64,000 nucleotides of DNA from a virus, in the IMG/VR virus record IMGVR_UViG_3300035157_001159, positions 1-64,000 of that record; one strand, written 5' to 3'. Each line of letters starts with the position of its first letter. The stretch's first letter is position 1. Below the pieces are notes generated by a model that worked only from the letters and a program-made list of their open reading frames with translations, was not told where the DNA came from and searched no databases. The translations under genes were made by a program, and so were the position numbers. This document shows, one piece after another, positions 31,182-41,337 of the stretch.

Positions 31182-34142
31182 ATGCCCATACAACAGGCAC
31201 TACTTCACGAACCACCAGCAGCAACAACTGTTGTTGGACAGCAAGAATATACATCACCAGGATCCTATAGTTGGACTTGTCCATCTGAGGTGAATGAAGT
31301 TCATGTTGTATGTATAGGTGGTGGCGGTGGTGGTCAAACACAAGACTTCGCAGCAGGTGGAGGTGGTGGACTTGGATGGAAAAATAATATTCCAGTAAAT
31401 CCAGGTCAAGTTTATTCTGTTGTAGTTGGTAATGGAGGAACTCAAAATACTTCTGGTGGAACTGATGGTGGAGATTCATATTTTATAAACCCAACTACTG
31501 TTAAAGGTGGTGGTGGAAAAGGTAATAATCAAGGTGGTGGAGATTTTGTTGGTGATGGTGGTGGTACTGGTGGTGATCATCAAGTATATGGTGGAGGCGG
31601 TGGAGCTGGTGGATATTCTGGAAATGGTAATTCACAATCTGGTGGTGCTGGTGGATATGGTTCTGCTAATGGTTTAACTGGTGGTGGTGCTGGTGGTGGG
31701 GGAGTAGGAATATATGGTGAAGGTACTAGTGGTTCTAATTCTCCAGTTAATAACACCAGTGGTCAATCCATGCCTGGTGGTGGTGGAGGATCGGGTGGAA
31801 ATAGTGGTACAAGTGGAACTGTACCAAGTTTTAGTGGTGGATATTATGGTCTAGTTGCTGGTGGTCCTGGTGGTAATTATGGTGGAGGTGCTGGTGGAGG
31901 TTCTGGTTCCCAATACGGTACAATTCTTGCTGGTAATGGTGGACAAGGTGCTGTAAGAATTATATGGGGTGTTGTTAATGGTGTCAGTAGAGCATTTCCA
32001 AATACATTAACTTCTAATCAAAACTCTTCATCAACCTATGCTCTTAATGCCCCTAATAATGTAGATGAGGGTAGTAGTTTTACAACAAATGTCACTACTG
32101 GAAATGTTTCTGATGGAACAACTTTATATTGGAGATTGACTGGTATAGATTCTTCTGATTTAACTTCTGGATCTTTAACTGGTTCAGGAACTGTTTCATC
32201 TGGTGGATTTAGTTTTTCTCATACTGTTGCTGCTGATATTTCAACTGAAGGTGAAGAAGTTATTTACATTGCATTATATACTGATGCTGGATATACTACA
32301 TTAGTGGCAGCAGCAAACGTAGTTATAAATGATACTTCATTTGATCCTGTTGGTGAATCAATATACACTGAAGAAGGATCCTATAGTTGGGTTTGTCCTG
32401 CGAATGTGACAAGTGTATCTGTTGTTTGTGTTGGTTCTGGTTCTACTTCAGTTACAAGTAATAATGGTAATGAGGGATGTTCTGGTGGTGGACTTGGATA
32501 TATTAATAATTATTCTGTAACACCAGGACAAACTTATGCTGTTCAAGTAGGAGGACCAAATGGACAAAATAATGCTCCTTGGGTAAGTGGAACAGGAAGT
32601 ACATATTATGAAGGTCCAGCTGATTCATTCTTTGTCAATAGAACTACTGTAAAAGGTGGTGGTGGTTGGACTAATTCAAATGGTTATGGTGGGTTTAGTG
32701 TTAATCGTGGAGATTTTGTTGGTGATGGTGGTGGTAATGGTGGCGGTGGTGGTAGTAGATATGGTGGTAGTCAATACGCTTCTGGAGATGGTGGAGGCGG
32801 TGGAGCTGGTGGATATTCTGGAGACGGTGGATCTGGTGGAAGAGCAGGATGGTCATATTATCAATATGCTGGACTAGCAGGATCACCTGGTACTGGTGGT
32901 GCTGGTGGTGGCGGTGGCGGTGGCGGTAGTGCTGGAGGTGGTGCTCCTGGTGGTGGTGTAGGAATATATGGTGAAGGTGGAAATGGTGAAGGTGGAGTAA
33001 GATATGGTGGTGGACCTGGTGGATATGGTCCTGGTAAAGGAGGTGGTGGATCAAAAGATCCTTATGGTGATGGTGGACATGGAAGTAGTATAGGTGGTCA
33101 AGCAATACAAAATGGTGGTGATATTTTTAGTTATCCTGGTGATTCTCAACGAAGAGTAGCTGGTAATTATGGTGCTGGTGGAACACCGTGGACAATTTCT
33201 GCTAAAGGTGCTGTAAGAATTATGTGGGGAAGTGGAAGATCATTCCCAAATAATGCTCTTGCTGAAGCTACTAATAGGGCTGAGACTCAAGTTACTGGTG
33301 GACAACAATTTACTACAGCAGGAACATTTACTTGGACATGTCCTGTAGGTGTAACTTCTATATCTGCAGTTGCTATTGGTGGTGGTGGCGGTGGTCAATC
33401 ATCAGGTAATTATCAGGGACAACCTGGATATGATGGACAAGGTGGAGGTGGTGGTGCTTTGGTATATAGAAATTATATTCCAGTAGTAGCAGGACAGGAT
33501 TATAAAGTTGTTGTTGGTGCTGGAGGTGCTGCTGCTCAAGGTGTTGGTAATTTAAATGCTGGACAGACTGAAGCTCAGAGAGGTGGTGATACTACTTTTG
33601 GTATAGATGGTGTAAATATTTTACTTCATGCTGAAGGTGGAGCTGGTGGAGTTAAAAGAACAAATCTTAGTTTAAGGATGGGTGGAAGACCAATGACTGG
33701 AATTGGTTATAGTGGTGGTGATGGTGGTCAAGCAACTGGATGTTCTGCTGGTGGAGGTGCTGGTGGATATAGTGGTGAAGGTGGTGAAGGTGGATATGCA
33801 AATACTGCTGGAACTAATGGTGCTGGTGGTGGAGCTGGTGGTGGCGGTGCAAGTTATTATGGAGGTAGTGGTGGCGGTGGAGGTACTGGTTTAAACGGTG
33901 AAGGTACTAGTGGTGCTGCTGGATCAGGTATAAATGGTGGTGGCGGTGGATCAGGTGGTAATACTGGTTCTAATGGTCAAACCTATGGTGGTAATAATGG
34001 TGCTGGCGGTGCTGGTGCATCTCCTGGTGGAGGAGGTGGTGGTGGATATTCCAATCCAGGTGGTTCAAATGGTGCTGGTGCTGTAGGTGGATTAAGAATT
34101 ATCTGGGGATCTGGTCGAACATTCCCATCAAACGCAACTTAA
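31182..34142 (+). CDS. Gly-rich modular adhesin-like protein (3 modules plus Calx-beta/Ig-like domain)
   Basis: Three modules running from G.Y/F.W.CP to G.VRI.WG..R.FP; VDEG...EGEE...VVINDTS domain. Confidence 0.78.
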   Translation: MPIQQALLHEPPAATTVVGQQEYTSPGSYSWTCPSEVNEVHVVCIGGGGGGQTQDFAAGGGGGLGWKNNIPVNPGQVYSVVVGNGGTQNTSGGTDGGDSYFINPTTVKGGGGKGNNQGGGDFVGDGGGTGGDHQVYGGGGGAGGYSGNGNSQSGGAGGYGSANGLTGGGAGGGGVGIYGEGTSGSNSPVNNTSGQSMPGGGGGSGGNSGTSGTVPSFSGGYYGLVAGGPGGNYGGGAGGGSGSQYGTILAGNGGQGAVRIIWGVVNGVSRAFPNTLTSNQNSSSTYALNAPNNVDEGSSFTTNVTTGNVSDGTTLYWRLTGIDSSDLTSGSLTGSGTVSSGGFSFSHTVAADISTEGEEVIYIALYTDAGYTTLVAAANVVINDTSFDPVGESIYTEEGSYSWVCPANVTSVSVVCVGSGSTSVTSNNGNEGCSGGGLGYINNYSVTPGQTYAVQVGGPNGQNNAPWVSGTGSTYYEGPADSFFVNRTTVKGGGGWTNSNGYGGFSVNRGDFVGDGGGNGGGGGSRYGGSQYASGDGGGGGAGGYSGDGGSGGRAGWSYYQYAGLAGSPGTGGAGGGGGGGGSAGGGAPGGGVGIYGEGGNGEGGVRYGGGPGGYGPGKGGGGSKDPYGDGGHGSSIGGQAIQNGGDIFSYPGDSQRRVAGNYGAGGTPWTISAKGAVRIMWGSGRSFPNNALAEATNRAETQVTGGQQFTTAGTFTWTCPVGVTSISAVAIGGGGGGQSSGNYQGQPGYDGQGGGGGALVYRNYIPVVAGQDYKVVVGAGGAAAQGVGNLNAGQTEAQRGGDTTFGIDGVNILLHAEGGAGGVKRTNLSLRMGGRPMTGIGYSGGDGGQATGCSAGGGAGGYSGEGGEGGYANTAGTNGAGGGAGGGGASYYGGSGGGGGTGLNGEGTSGAAGSGINGGGGGSGGNTGSNGQTYGGNNGAGGAGASPGGGGGGGYSNPGGSNGAGAVGGLRIIWGSGRTFPSNAT

Positions 34143-34154
34143 GGAGAGAGAGAT

Positions 34155-37100
34155 ATGTCAATACAACAAATGTTAATTAGTGGTGATACTGGAACATCAG
34201 CTGAAAGTTATTGGACGAATACTATTACAAATGGTACGTCTTCAGATGTGACTGTTTATGGACATGCTTTTGATAGTGAAGGTAATTTTTATGTTTGTGG
34301 TAGATCTGTTATTAGTGGTGGCATGACTGATGGATTCATTTATAAACTTGATAAGAATGGAACATTAATGAAATCAGTACATCTAGATGACCCTAATAAA
34401 GGTATTACATTTAGTGCTATAGCTATTGATTCTTCCAATGATGTTTATGTCTATGCTGGATATGGAACAATTGCTAAGTATAATTCAGATTTAGATTTAC
34501 AATATTATAAAAAGAATAACTGGGGCAATGGATATCAATTCGATGAGGGTGATTCCATTTCTAATGGTAATTGTATGACCCTTAGTGGTACTACATTAAC
34601 AGTTGCTGGTAGACAACAGGGAGGAACTCTTGGTCTCTATGCTACCTTTGAAACTAGTACAGGAATAATTCAGACCAAGTATTACGCCTATCTCAATTCA
34701 GGTACTGTTAATTATCAAGGTGGTGGAATAGCTAATGGTCAGATATATCTTTGTGGTTATGATATAAATCCATCTTACACAAATGGCAATGCTTATTGGA
34801 TAGTGTCTATTAATGGTGTATCAAATACTTATAGATTTTATCAGAGTGGTACTAGTGGTGCTGCTAGATGTATAGTTAGAGATTCTGGTGGTAGTTATTA
34901 TATTGGTGGTAATATGGGTGGTTATCCTATGATCACCAAAGTGGTAAGTTATAATGAAACCAATACAAATCAAGGTACTGCATGGTGGAGAAGAGGTAAT
35001 AATCCTGGTCCTGCTTATACTGATCTTGCACTTGATTCTGAAGGTAATGTTTATGGTGTTACTCAAACTTATAATGGTGCTAGTGGATGGTTGATTAAGA
35101 TAGATCCTAATGGAAATGTTATATGGTCACGACAATTTAATAATGGTGATAATATTAATAAAATAACTATTGATTCTGATGATAATATATGGTTGACTAT
35201 TAATAGAAATCAGAGTAATAATCCTGGTGTTTCTATTATCGCTAGATTAACATCTGATGGGCATGGTGCTGGATATTGTAATTATAGTATAGGATCTTAT
35301 GCTCACAGTTCTTTTTCATATCAACTTCAAGATTTTGGAAATATTCAATATAACTGGTGGAATAACACACAAAATGGTGCTTCTATCTGGGGTGGATTAG
35401 TAAGTAGTGATCCTAGTAAGACTGCTTCAACGATTACTCCTTCTTCTAATGAATGTGAAATAGTAGATGTTGTTGGTCAAGCAACTTTTATAGAAACAGG
35501 AACACATAATTGGATCTGTCCTCCTGGTGTCTATCAAGTTTCTGCTGTTTGTGTTGGTGGTGGAGGTGCTGGTAATGGTGATAATCAATCTGGATCAGGT
35601 GGTGCTGCTGGTGGTGGAGGTCTTGGATGGAAAAATAATATTCCAGTAATACCTGGACAATCTTATACATTAGAAGTCGGTAGTGCTGCTACTGGTGGAT
35701 CAGGTAATGATGGTGGAGATTCATATTTTATAAATGCGACTACTGTACAAGGTCGTGGTGGACAAGGATCAACAAATACTAATGGTCAACCTGGTGGAGG
35801 ATATGTAGGAGATGGTGGTGGATATGGTGGAGCTGGTGGAGCTGGTGGTTCAACATATGAAGGTGGTGGCGGTGGAGCTGGTGGATACACAGGTAATGGT
35901 GGAAATGGTGGATTTGGAAATGGATCGACACATCCTGGTAGTACTTCTCTGTCTGATAGACAAGGTCAAGATGGATCTGGTGGCGGTGGCGGTGGAGGAG
36001 GATATGGTGGTGGATATACTGGAGGTGGTGTAGGAATTTTAGGTACTGGAGCTTCTGGTTTAGGTGGTGCATATTCTCCACCATCAGGTGTTCCATTTGG
36101 AAGTGGAACTGCTGGATCTGGTGGATCTGGAACTTCATATGGTGGTGGTGGATCTGGTGCTGGTGCTCAAGGTGGTAGTGGTGCTGTAAGAATTGTGTGG
36201 GGTAGGGGTAGATCTTATCCAAATACTAATACTGGTAATGTAAATGACAGAGTAGGGCAACAAGATTATACATCAGCAGGAACATATAGTTGGACTTGTC
36301 CTGTTGGTGTACATCATGTTTCAGTAGTTGCTGTTGGTGCTGGTGGAGCAAGTTCTGGATATAATGCTTTCTCTGGATCTTATGAAGAAGGAAATGGTGG
36401 AGGTGGTGGAGGTCTTGGATATAATAATTATATTTCTGTAACAGAAGGACAATCTTATAGTGTTGTTGTTGGTGCTGCTGGACAAGTACAAACTTTACCT
36501 TCAAGTGCTGGTGGAAGTAAAACTAATTCTTCTGGTGATTCATATTTTATAAACACATCTACCGTTAAAGGTGGTGCTGGAGAAAATGCTCTACCTGGTT
36601 CTAATGGTAATGGTAATGGTGGAAATTTTGTAGGAGACGGTGGTGGTTCTGGTGGTGCTGGTGGATCTGGAGATGCTACTTATGGTCCTGGTGGAGGTGG
36701 CGGTGCTGCTGGATATACTGGTAATGGTGGATCTGGTGGTGGTGGATCAACGACCAGTAATGCTGTTGGTGGATCTGGTGGTGGTGCTGGTGGTGGAGCT
36801 CATGGATATATTAATTCAACTAATTTTACAAATGCTGCTGGAGGAGGTGGTGTAGGTCTTGAAGCAAAAGGAAGTAATGGTGCTGGTGGATCAATTGATA
36901 ATGGTGCTTTGCAACAGGAATGGACATCGTCAGGAACATATAGTTGGACTTGTCCTGATGGTATAACATCTGTTTGTGCGGTGTGTGTTGGTGCTGGTGG
37001 TGATGGTGGAGGTAATAAACATGGAGATGGTGGAGGTGGATTGGGATGGAAGAATGATATACCAGTGACACCAGGTCAATCTTATACTGTAGTTGTTGGT

Positions 37101-38684
37101 AATAAAAATTCAGGTGGTGGAGATTCATATTTTATAAACTCAAGCACTGTAAAAGGCGGTGGCGGTGGTACTGGTAGTGCTAGTGCTGGTGGTTCTGCAG
37201 GAACTGGTGGAACTTTTGTAGGAGACGGTGGTGGTAATGGTGGTAATGGTGGATCACAGAATCAAAGTACTGGTGGATCTGGTGGTGGCGGTGGAGCTGG
37301 TGGATACTCAGGCAATGGTGGAAATGGTGGAACGGGAACAAGTTTTGGAGCAAGTTTTGGTAATCAAGGTAATGGTGGTGCTGGTGGTGGAGGTGCTGGT
37401 GCTTCTTGGGAAGGTGGTGCTGGTGGTGGTGTAGGACTACAAGGCGAAGGTACTGATGGTGCTGGTGCTGGTACATATGATGGACAAGGTTCTCAATCTT
37501 ATGGACATTGTGGAAAGGGTGGATCTGGTGGTGCTCCACAAACTTTTGCAGCATTCCCTGGTTTAGGACCTGGTTCTGGTGGCGGTGGTGGTAATGGTAT
37601 TGCTGGATCTAATGGGGCAGTAAGACTTATATGGGGAACTGGAAGAGCATTTCCAGCAACAAACACAACAGATCAATTTGAGACAGCTACTATAGGACAT
37701 GGTGGTGGTGGATCTGGTGGTGCTTCATTTGGTACTGGTGTTGGAATATCTAGTATTATGGGAGGAGGTCTTCATGGTGGTGGATCTGGTGGTGCTAGTA
37801 ATCAAACTGTTAATGGAGGAGTATCTGATGGAGTATCTGGATCTGATGGTGGTGTAAGAATTATATGGGGATATAATAGATCATATCCACAGAATAATAC
37901 TGGTACTGGTGAAAATGGTCAACCAGAAACTGGTTCTGCTGAATGGACAACACAAGGAACACATAGTTGGACTTGTCCTGATAATGTAACATCAGTATGT
38001 GCTGTTTGTATTGGTGGCGGTGGAAGCGGATCTGTTCATGAAAATTCTACCTCTGGTGGTGGAGGAGGTGGAGGTGGTCTTGGATATAAAAATCATATTT
38101 CTGTAACACCAGGACAATCTTATACTGTTGTAGTTGGTGGAGATTCATATTTCATAGACGCAACTACTGTTAAGGGTGAGCGTGGATTAAATGCTGATCA
38201 AGCAGGAAGTGCATTTACAGGTGGAACTGGTGGTGGATATGTAGGAGACGGTGGTGGTAACGGTGGTACTGGTGGAAACAGTGACGGAACAGATGGTGGC
38301 GGTGGCGGTGGAGCTGGTGGATATTCTGGTAATGGTGGTAATGGTGCTGCTGGATATGTTCAAGGAGCAAATTCTGGATTTGATGGACAAGGTGGAGGAG
38401 GTGGTGGAGGATCAAATGGATATGATGGAGGAACTCCTCATGGTGGAGGAGAAGGTGGTGGAACTGGTATTCTAGGTCAGGGTAATAATGGGACTGGTGG
38501 AGTAAATTATGGAACTAATTTTGGTAATGGTACTGCAGGATCTGGTGGTTCAGGTAAATCATATGGCGGTGGAGGACGTGGTGCTGCTACTGGTTCTGGT
38601 CCAAGTAGTGGTGGAACTGGTGCTGTAAGAATTATATGGGGACCAGGAAGATCATTCCCAAGTAATAACGCTGGAGATATATAA
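34155..38684 (+). CDS. Gly-rich modular adhesin-like protein (beta-propeller plus 4 modules)
   Basis: N-terminal DSxGNxY repeats; four WxCP modules. Confidence 0.78.
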   Translation: MSIQQMLISGDTGTSAESYWTNTITNGTSSDVTVYGHAFDSEGNFYVCGRSVISGGMTDGFIYKLDKNGTLMKSVHLDDPNKGITFSAIAIDSSNDVYVYAGYGTIAKYNSDLDLQYYKKNNWGNGYQFDEGDSISNGNCMTLSGTTLTVAGRQQGGTLGLYATFETSTGIIQTKYYAYLNSGTVNYQGGGIANGQIYLCGYDINPSYTNGNAYWIVSINGVSNTYRFYQSGTSGAARCIVRDSGGSYYIGGNMGGYPMITKVVSYNETNTNQGTAWWRRGNNPGPAYTDLALDSEGNVYGVTQTYNGASGWLIKIDPNGNVIWSRQFNNGDNINKITIDSDDNIWLTINRNQSNNPGVSIIARLTSDGHGAGYCNYSIGSYAHSSFSYQLQDFGNIQYNWWNNTQNGASIWGGLVSSDPSKTASTITPSSNECEIVDVVGQATFIETGTHNWICPPGVYQVSAVCVGGGGAGNGDNQSGSGGAAGGGGLGWKNNIPVIPGQSYTLEVGSAATGGSGNDGGDSYFINATTVQGRGGQGSTNTNGQPGGGYVGDGGGYGGAGGAGGSTYEGGGGGAGGYTGNGGNGGFGNGSTHPGSTSLSDRQGQDGSGGGGGGGGYGGGYTGGGVGILGTGASGLGGAYSPPSGVPFGSGTAGSGGSGTSYGGGGSGAGAQGGSGAVRIVWGRGRSYPNTNTGNVNDRVGQQDYTSAGTYSWTCPVGVHHVSVVAVGAGGASSGYNAFSGSYEEGNGGGGGGLGYNNYISVTEGQSYSVVVGAAGQVQTLPSSAGGSKTNSSGDSYFINTSTVKGGAGENALPGSNGNGNGGNFVGDGGGSGGAGGSGDATYGPGGGGGAAGYTGNGGSGGGGSTTSNAVGGSGGGAGGGAHGYINSTNFTNAAGGGGVGLEAKGSNGAGGSIDNGALQQEWTSSGTYSWTCPDGITSVCAVCVGAGGDGGGNKHGDGGGGLGWKNDIPVTPGQSYTVVVGNKNSGGGDSYFINSSTVKGGGGGTGSASAGGSAGTGGTFVGDGGGNGGNGGSQNQSTGGSGGGGGAGGYSGNGGNGGTGTSFGASFGNQGNGGAGGGGAGASWEGGAGGGVGLQGEGTDGAGAGTYDGQGSQSYGHCGKGGSGGAPQTFAAFPGLGPGSGGGGGNGIAGSNGAVRLIWGTGRAFPATNTTDQFETATIGHGGGGSGGASFGTGVGISSIMGGGLHGGGSGGASNQTVNGGVSDGVSGSDGGVRIIWGYNRSYPQNNTGTGENGQPETGSAEWTTQGTHSWTCPDNVTSVCAVCIGGGGSGSVHENSTSGGGGGGGGLGYKNHISVTPGQSYTVVVGGDSYFIDATTVKGERGLNADQAGSAFTGGTGGGYVGDGGGNGGTGGNSDGTDGGGGGGAGGYSGNGGNGAAGYVQGANSGFDGQGGGGGGGSNGYDGGTPHGGGEGGGTGILGQGNNGTGGVNYGTNFGNGTAGSGGSGKSYGGGGRGAATGSGPSSGGTGAVRIIWGPGRSFPSNNAGDI

Positions 38685-38687
38685 AAC

Positions 38688-40199
38688 ATGGCAATACAAC
38701 AAGCATTTATGGTACTCGGAGTAGTACCACCTGGATACGAAACATATACTAATGTAGGATCATATTCTTTTATTGTTCCTCCTGGATTTACTGAGGTTTC
38801 TATAGTCTCAGTTGGTGGAGGTGCTGGTGGTGGAGGTGGATATGGATCTGCTGGTGGTGGATTAGTTTGGTCTGATAATGTTTCTGTAACTCCTGGTGAG
38901 GTTTTAGATATAAATGTTGGTGCTGGTGGAACAGGATATAGTCCAAGCATTAGTGGTACTCCTAATCAAGGACAAACAAGTTATGTTAAGAGACGAAGTA
39001 ATGGTGAATACCTTGTAAAATCTTATGGCGGTGGTTCAATAAGCCAAAGTAGTTTAGGTGGAGGTGGAGAATTTTTCTCTGGTAATGGAAGAGTTTTAGA
39101 TGGTGGTGATGGTGAATATACTCTACCTGGAGAACCTACAGTTCCTCCACAACACAATTCAACAGGAGCAGCATTTAAATCTGCAACTTGGGCTGGTTCA
39201 TCTACTCCTTCTGGTAGAGGTGGTGGTGGAACTGCATTAATATCAGGAACAACTGGTAATGATGGTGGATTTTATACTGGCAATACTGGTGCGGCTGGTG
39301 GTAGATATGGTGGAGGTGGTGCTGAAGGACCTGCAGGTGTTGGTAATTTTGGTGGTACTGGTGGAGATGGTGGAGTTAGTATTGCTTGGGGTGCTCCATA
39401 TTTAATAGGAGATGGTTTTCCTAGAATAGATGGTAACTATAGTACTTACTTTAGGGGTAATCAATATGATGATTATTTTGATTACACTCCAGGAACTTCT
39501 GGTGTTTTTCAACTTGGATCAGGAAACTTTACTATAGAATTTTGGCACAGGACTGGTGTTGTTGATCCAAATGGTAATACGTCAGGTAGTAATACTGGTA
39601 GGCAAAGATCATTTGCTGTTTTCATTGAAGGTTATAAAGCAAGTCCTTTAATTTCTCAAACGTGGGCAATTCAAGCAAACAGTCTTGGTCAGAAGATGGT
39701 ATGGATTGAGGGTGGTAATCTTGCATTTGAAACTACTACAGATACTATGACTAATGCTGCTTTGAATCAAACTGTTAAATGGAGACACTATGCTTTCGTT
39801 AGGAATGGTAATAACTTAGATTTTTATCTTGATGGTGTGAAAGATACTAGTATCAATAGTGGTAATGGTTATACTACATCATTGAACGATACTCAAACTG
39901 ATGCTATAAGGATTGGAAATTGGACTGCTAATACAGATTATAATATTCATGGATGGATGTCTAATGTTCGAGTAACAAAAGGTGTTGCTGTTTATACTTC
40001 AAACTTTGATGTTTGGGATAATTGGAATAACCCTAATCAAGTTGCTTTGTTACCACCTTTAACTGAGATAACTGGAACATCATTACTTGATTTTAATAGT
40101 ACATCTCTTAACACTGCCTACTGGGGTCCTGGTAACTCAACAGGTACAGTGTCGCAAAATGGAGGACCTACCTCTTCAACTAATAGCCCTTATAGTTAA
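38688..40199 (+). CDS. Gly-rich module plus LamG/concanavalin-like lectin domain
   Basis: NFTIEFW, WRHYAFVRNG, FYLDG, GWMSNVRVTKGVAVY. Confidence 0.78.
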   Translation: MAIQQAFMVLGVVPPGYETYTNVGSYSFIVPPGFTEVSIVSVGGGAGGGGGYGSAGGGLVWSDNVSVTPGEVLDINVGAGGTGYSPSISGTPNQGQTSYVKRRSNGEYLVKSYGGGSISQSSLGGGGEFFSGNGRVLDGGDGEYTLPGEPTVPPQHNSTGAAFKSATWAGSSTPSGRGGGGTALISGTTGNDGGFYTGNTGAAGGRYGGGGAEGPAGVGNFGGTGGDGGVSIAWGAPYLIGDGFPRIDGNYSTYFRGNQYDDYFDYTPGTSGVFQLGSGNFTIEFWHRTGVVDPNGNTSGSNTGRQRSFAVFIEGYKASPLISQTWAIQANSLGQKMVWIEGGNLAFETTTDTMTNAALNQTVKWRHYAFVRNGNNLDFYLDGVKDTSINSGNGYTTSLNDTQTDAIRIGNWTANTDYNIHGWMSNVRVTKGVAVYTSNFDVWDNWNNPNQVALLPPLTEITGTSLLDFNSTSLNTAYWGPGNSTGTVSQNGGPTSSTNSPYS

Positions 40200-40229
40200 T
40201 GTGATAAATAAGTAAAAATAGTCATATAG

Positions 40230-40955
40230 ATGGCAAGAAACAGAGAATTTTCTCAACTTGGATCCTTTGTAGTTGTTGATGACAACAACGGTAATATTGC
40301 TATTACCAGTACATCAACACCTTACGTTGGTATTGGGACCACAAATCCGATTCATAAACTTGACGTAGCTGGAATTGCTACATTCAGAGAAGATGTTTAT
40401 ATTGGTGGTGGATTAACTGTTGCCCAAAATATTGATTTTCTTGGTGGTCTTTTTCAGAATGGTGTCCAATTTAATCCTAGTGCTGGAGTTGGTATTGGAT
40501 CAACAACAGTTAATCCAAATTCAGGTATAATCAATCCAAGAATTGGTGTAGGATTTACTGATTTAAGTTTTGTTGGTGAAGGTCTTAGTGTTACTGGATA
40601 TGGTAGTACCATTGTTATTGATTTTACAGACCTTGTTTCTAAATCAGAAGCTACAGTACCAGGTCTTACACTTATAAACACTAGTACTAATTTAAGTGCT
40701 AATGTAAGTTATTCTGCTGATACAACAGCAGCAGTTTTTACAGCAACTCTTCCTGCAAATAAGCAGGCTGGCGATTTTGTTGAACTCCATGATACCGAAT
40801 CTAATTGGGACATAAATAATCTTATGGTTGCAACTCAAAATAATGAGCAGTTTAAAAATTATGAAGGCGTGATTGATTCTCCTTTAGCATGTGATGTCGC
40901 TGGTGCTGCTGTAAAATTAGTTTGGACTAATACTTACTGGAGGGTATTTGCATGA
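40230..40955 (+). CDS. tail-fibre-like structural protein
   Basis: VGIGTTNP.HKLDVAG repeat; GATAAATA at 40203. Confidence 0.7.
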   Translation: MARNREFSQLGSFVVVDDNNGNIAITSTSTPYVGIGTTNPIHKLDVAGIATFREDVYIGGGLTVAQNIDFLGGLFQNGVQFNPSAGVGIGSTTVNPNSGIINPRIGVGFTDLSFVGEGLSVTGYGSTIVIDFTDLVSKSEATVPGLTLINTSTNLSANVSYSADTTAAVFTATLPANKQAGDFVELHDTESNWDINNLMVATQNNEQFKNYEGVIDSPLACDVAGAAVKLVWTNTYWRVFA

Positions 40956-41323
40956 CAATGTTTTTAAGTGAGAGTATAGACTCTTCCAATGGTGGAGGAG
41001 GTCTTTTAATATCACAACAAAATAGTTTTTATGTTCATGCTCTGAGAAGAGATGCTGATGGTATGTTGCAATATACCAAAGTTAAGAGTACTGAAGCTGG
41101 AGTACAGGATTTTCATCGTTTAGATGGAACTGCTTACCCAGATTTTTTAGATGGTGGTGATTATGTTGAAGAAACCACTGAGGTAAAGACACATTTAAAT
41201 CACCCACAAGATAAATACCAACAGTTCCGATTTGATTTTAGACGCACGTCTTATTACATCGATAGTGATGGATATTTAGTAGCAAAATTTGGTGATTATG
41301 ATTATTCTGTAGGACCAAAATAG
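40952..41323 (+). CDS. hypothetical virion protein
   Basis: ATGA overlap; YYIDSDGYLVA C-terminus. Confidence 0.65.
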   Translation: MTMFLSESIDSSNGGGGLLISQQNSFYVHALRRDADGMLQYTKVKSTEAGVQDFHRLDGTAYPDFLDGGDYVEETTEVKTHLNHPQDKYQQFRFDFRRTSYYIDSDGYLVAKFGDYDYSVGPK

Positions 41324-41337
41324 GAGTTTAACAAACA

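Noticed and set aside
31177-38950. His/Gln-rich minus-strand and Val-rich plus-strand ORFs
   Set aside because: Frame shadows of GGT-rich Gly codons in the real genes
31182-40199. CRISPR array or diversity-generating retroelement in the repeats
   Set aside because: Repeats are in-frame coding modules with irregular spacing; no reverse transcriptase or adenine-specific template/variable pair seen
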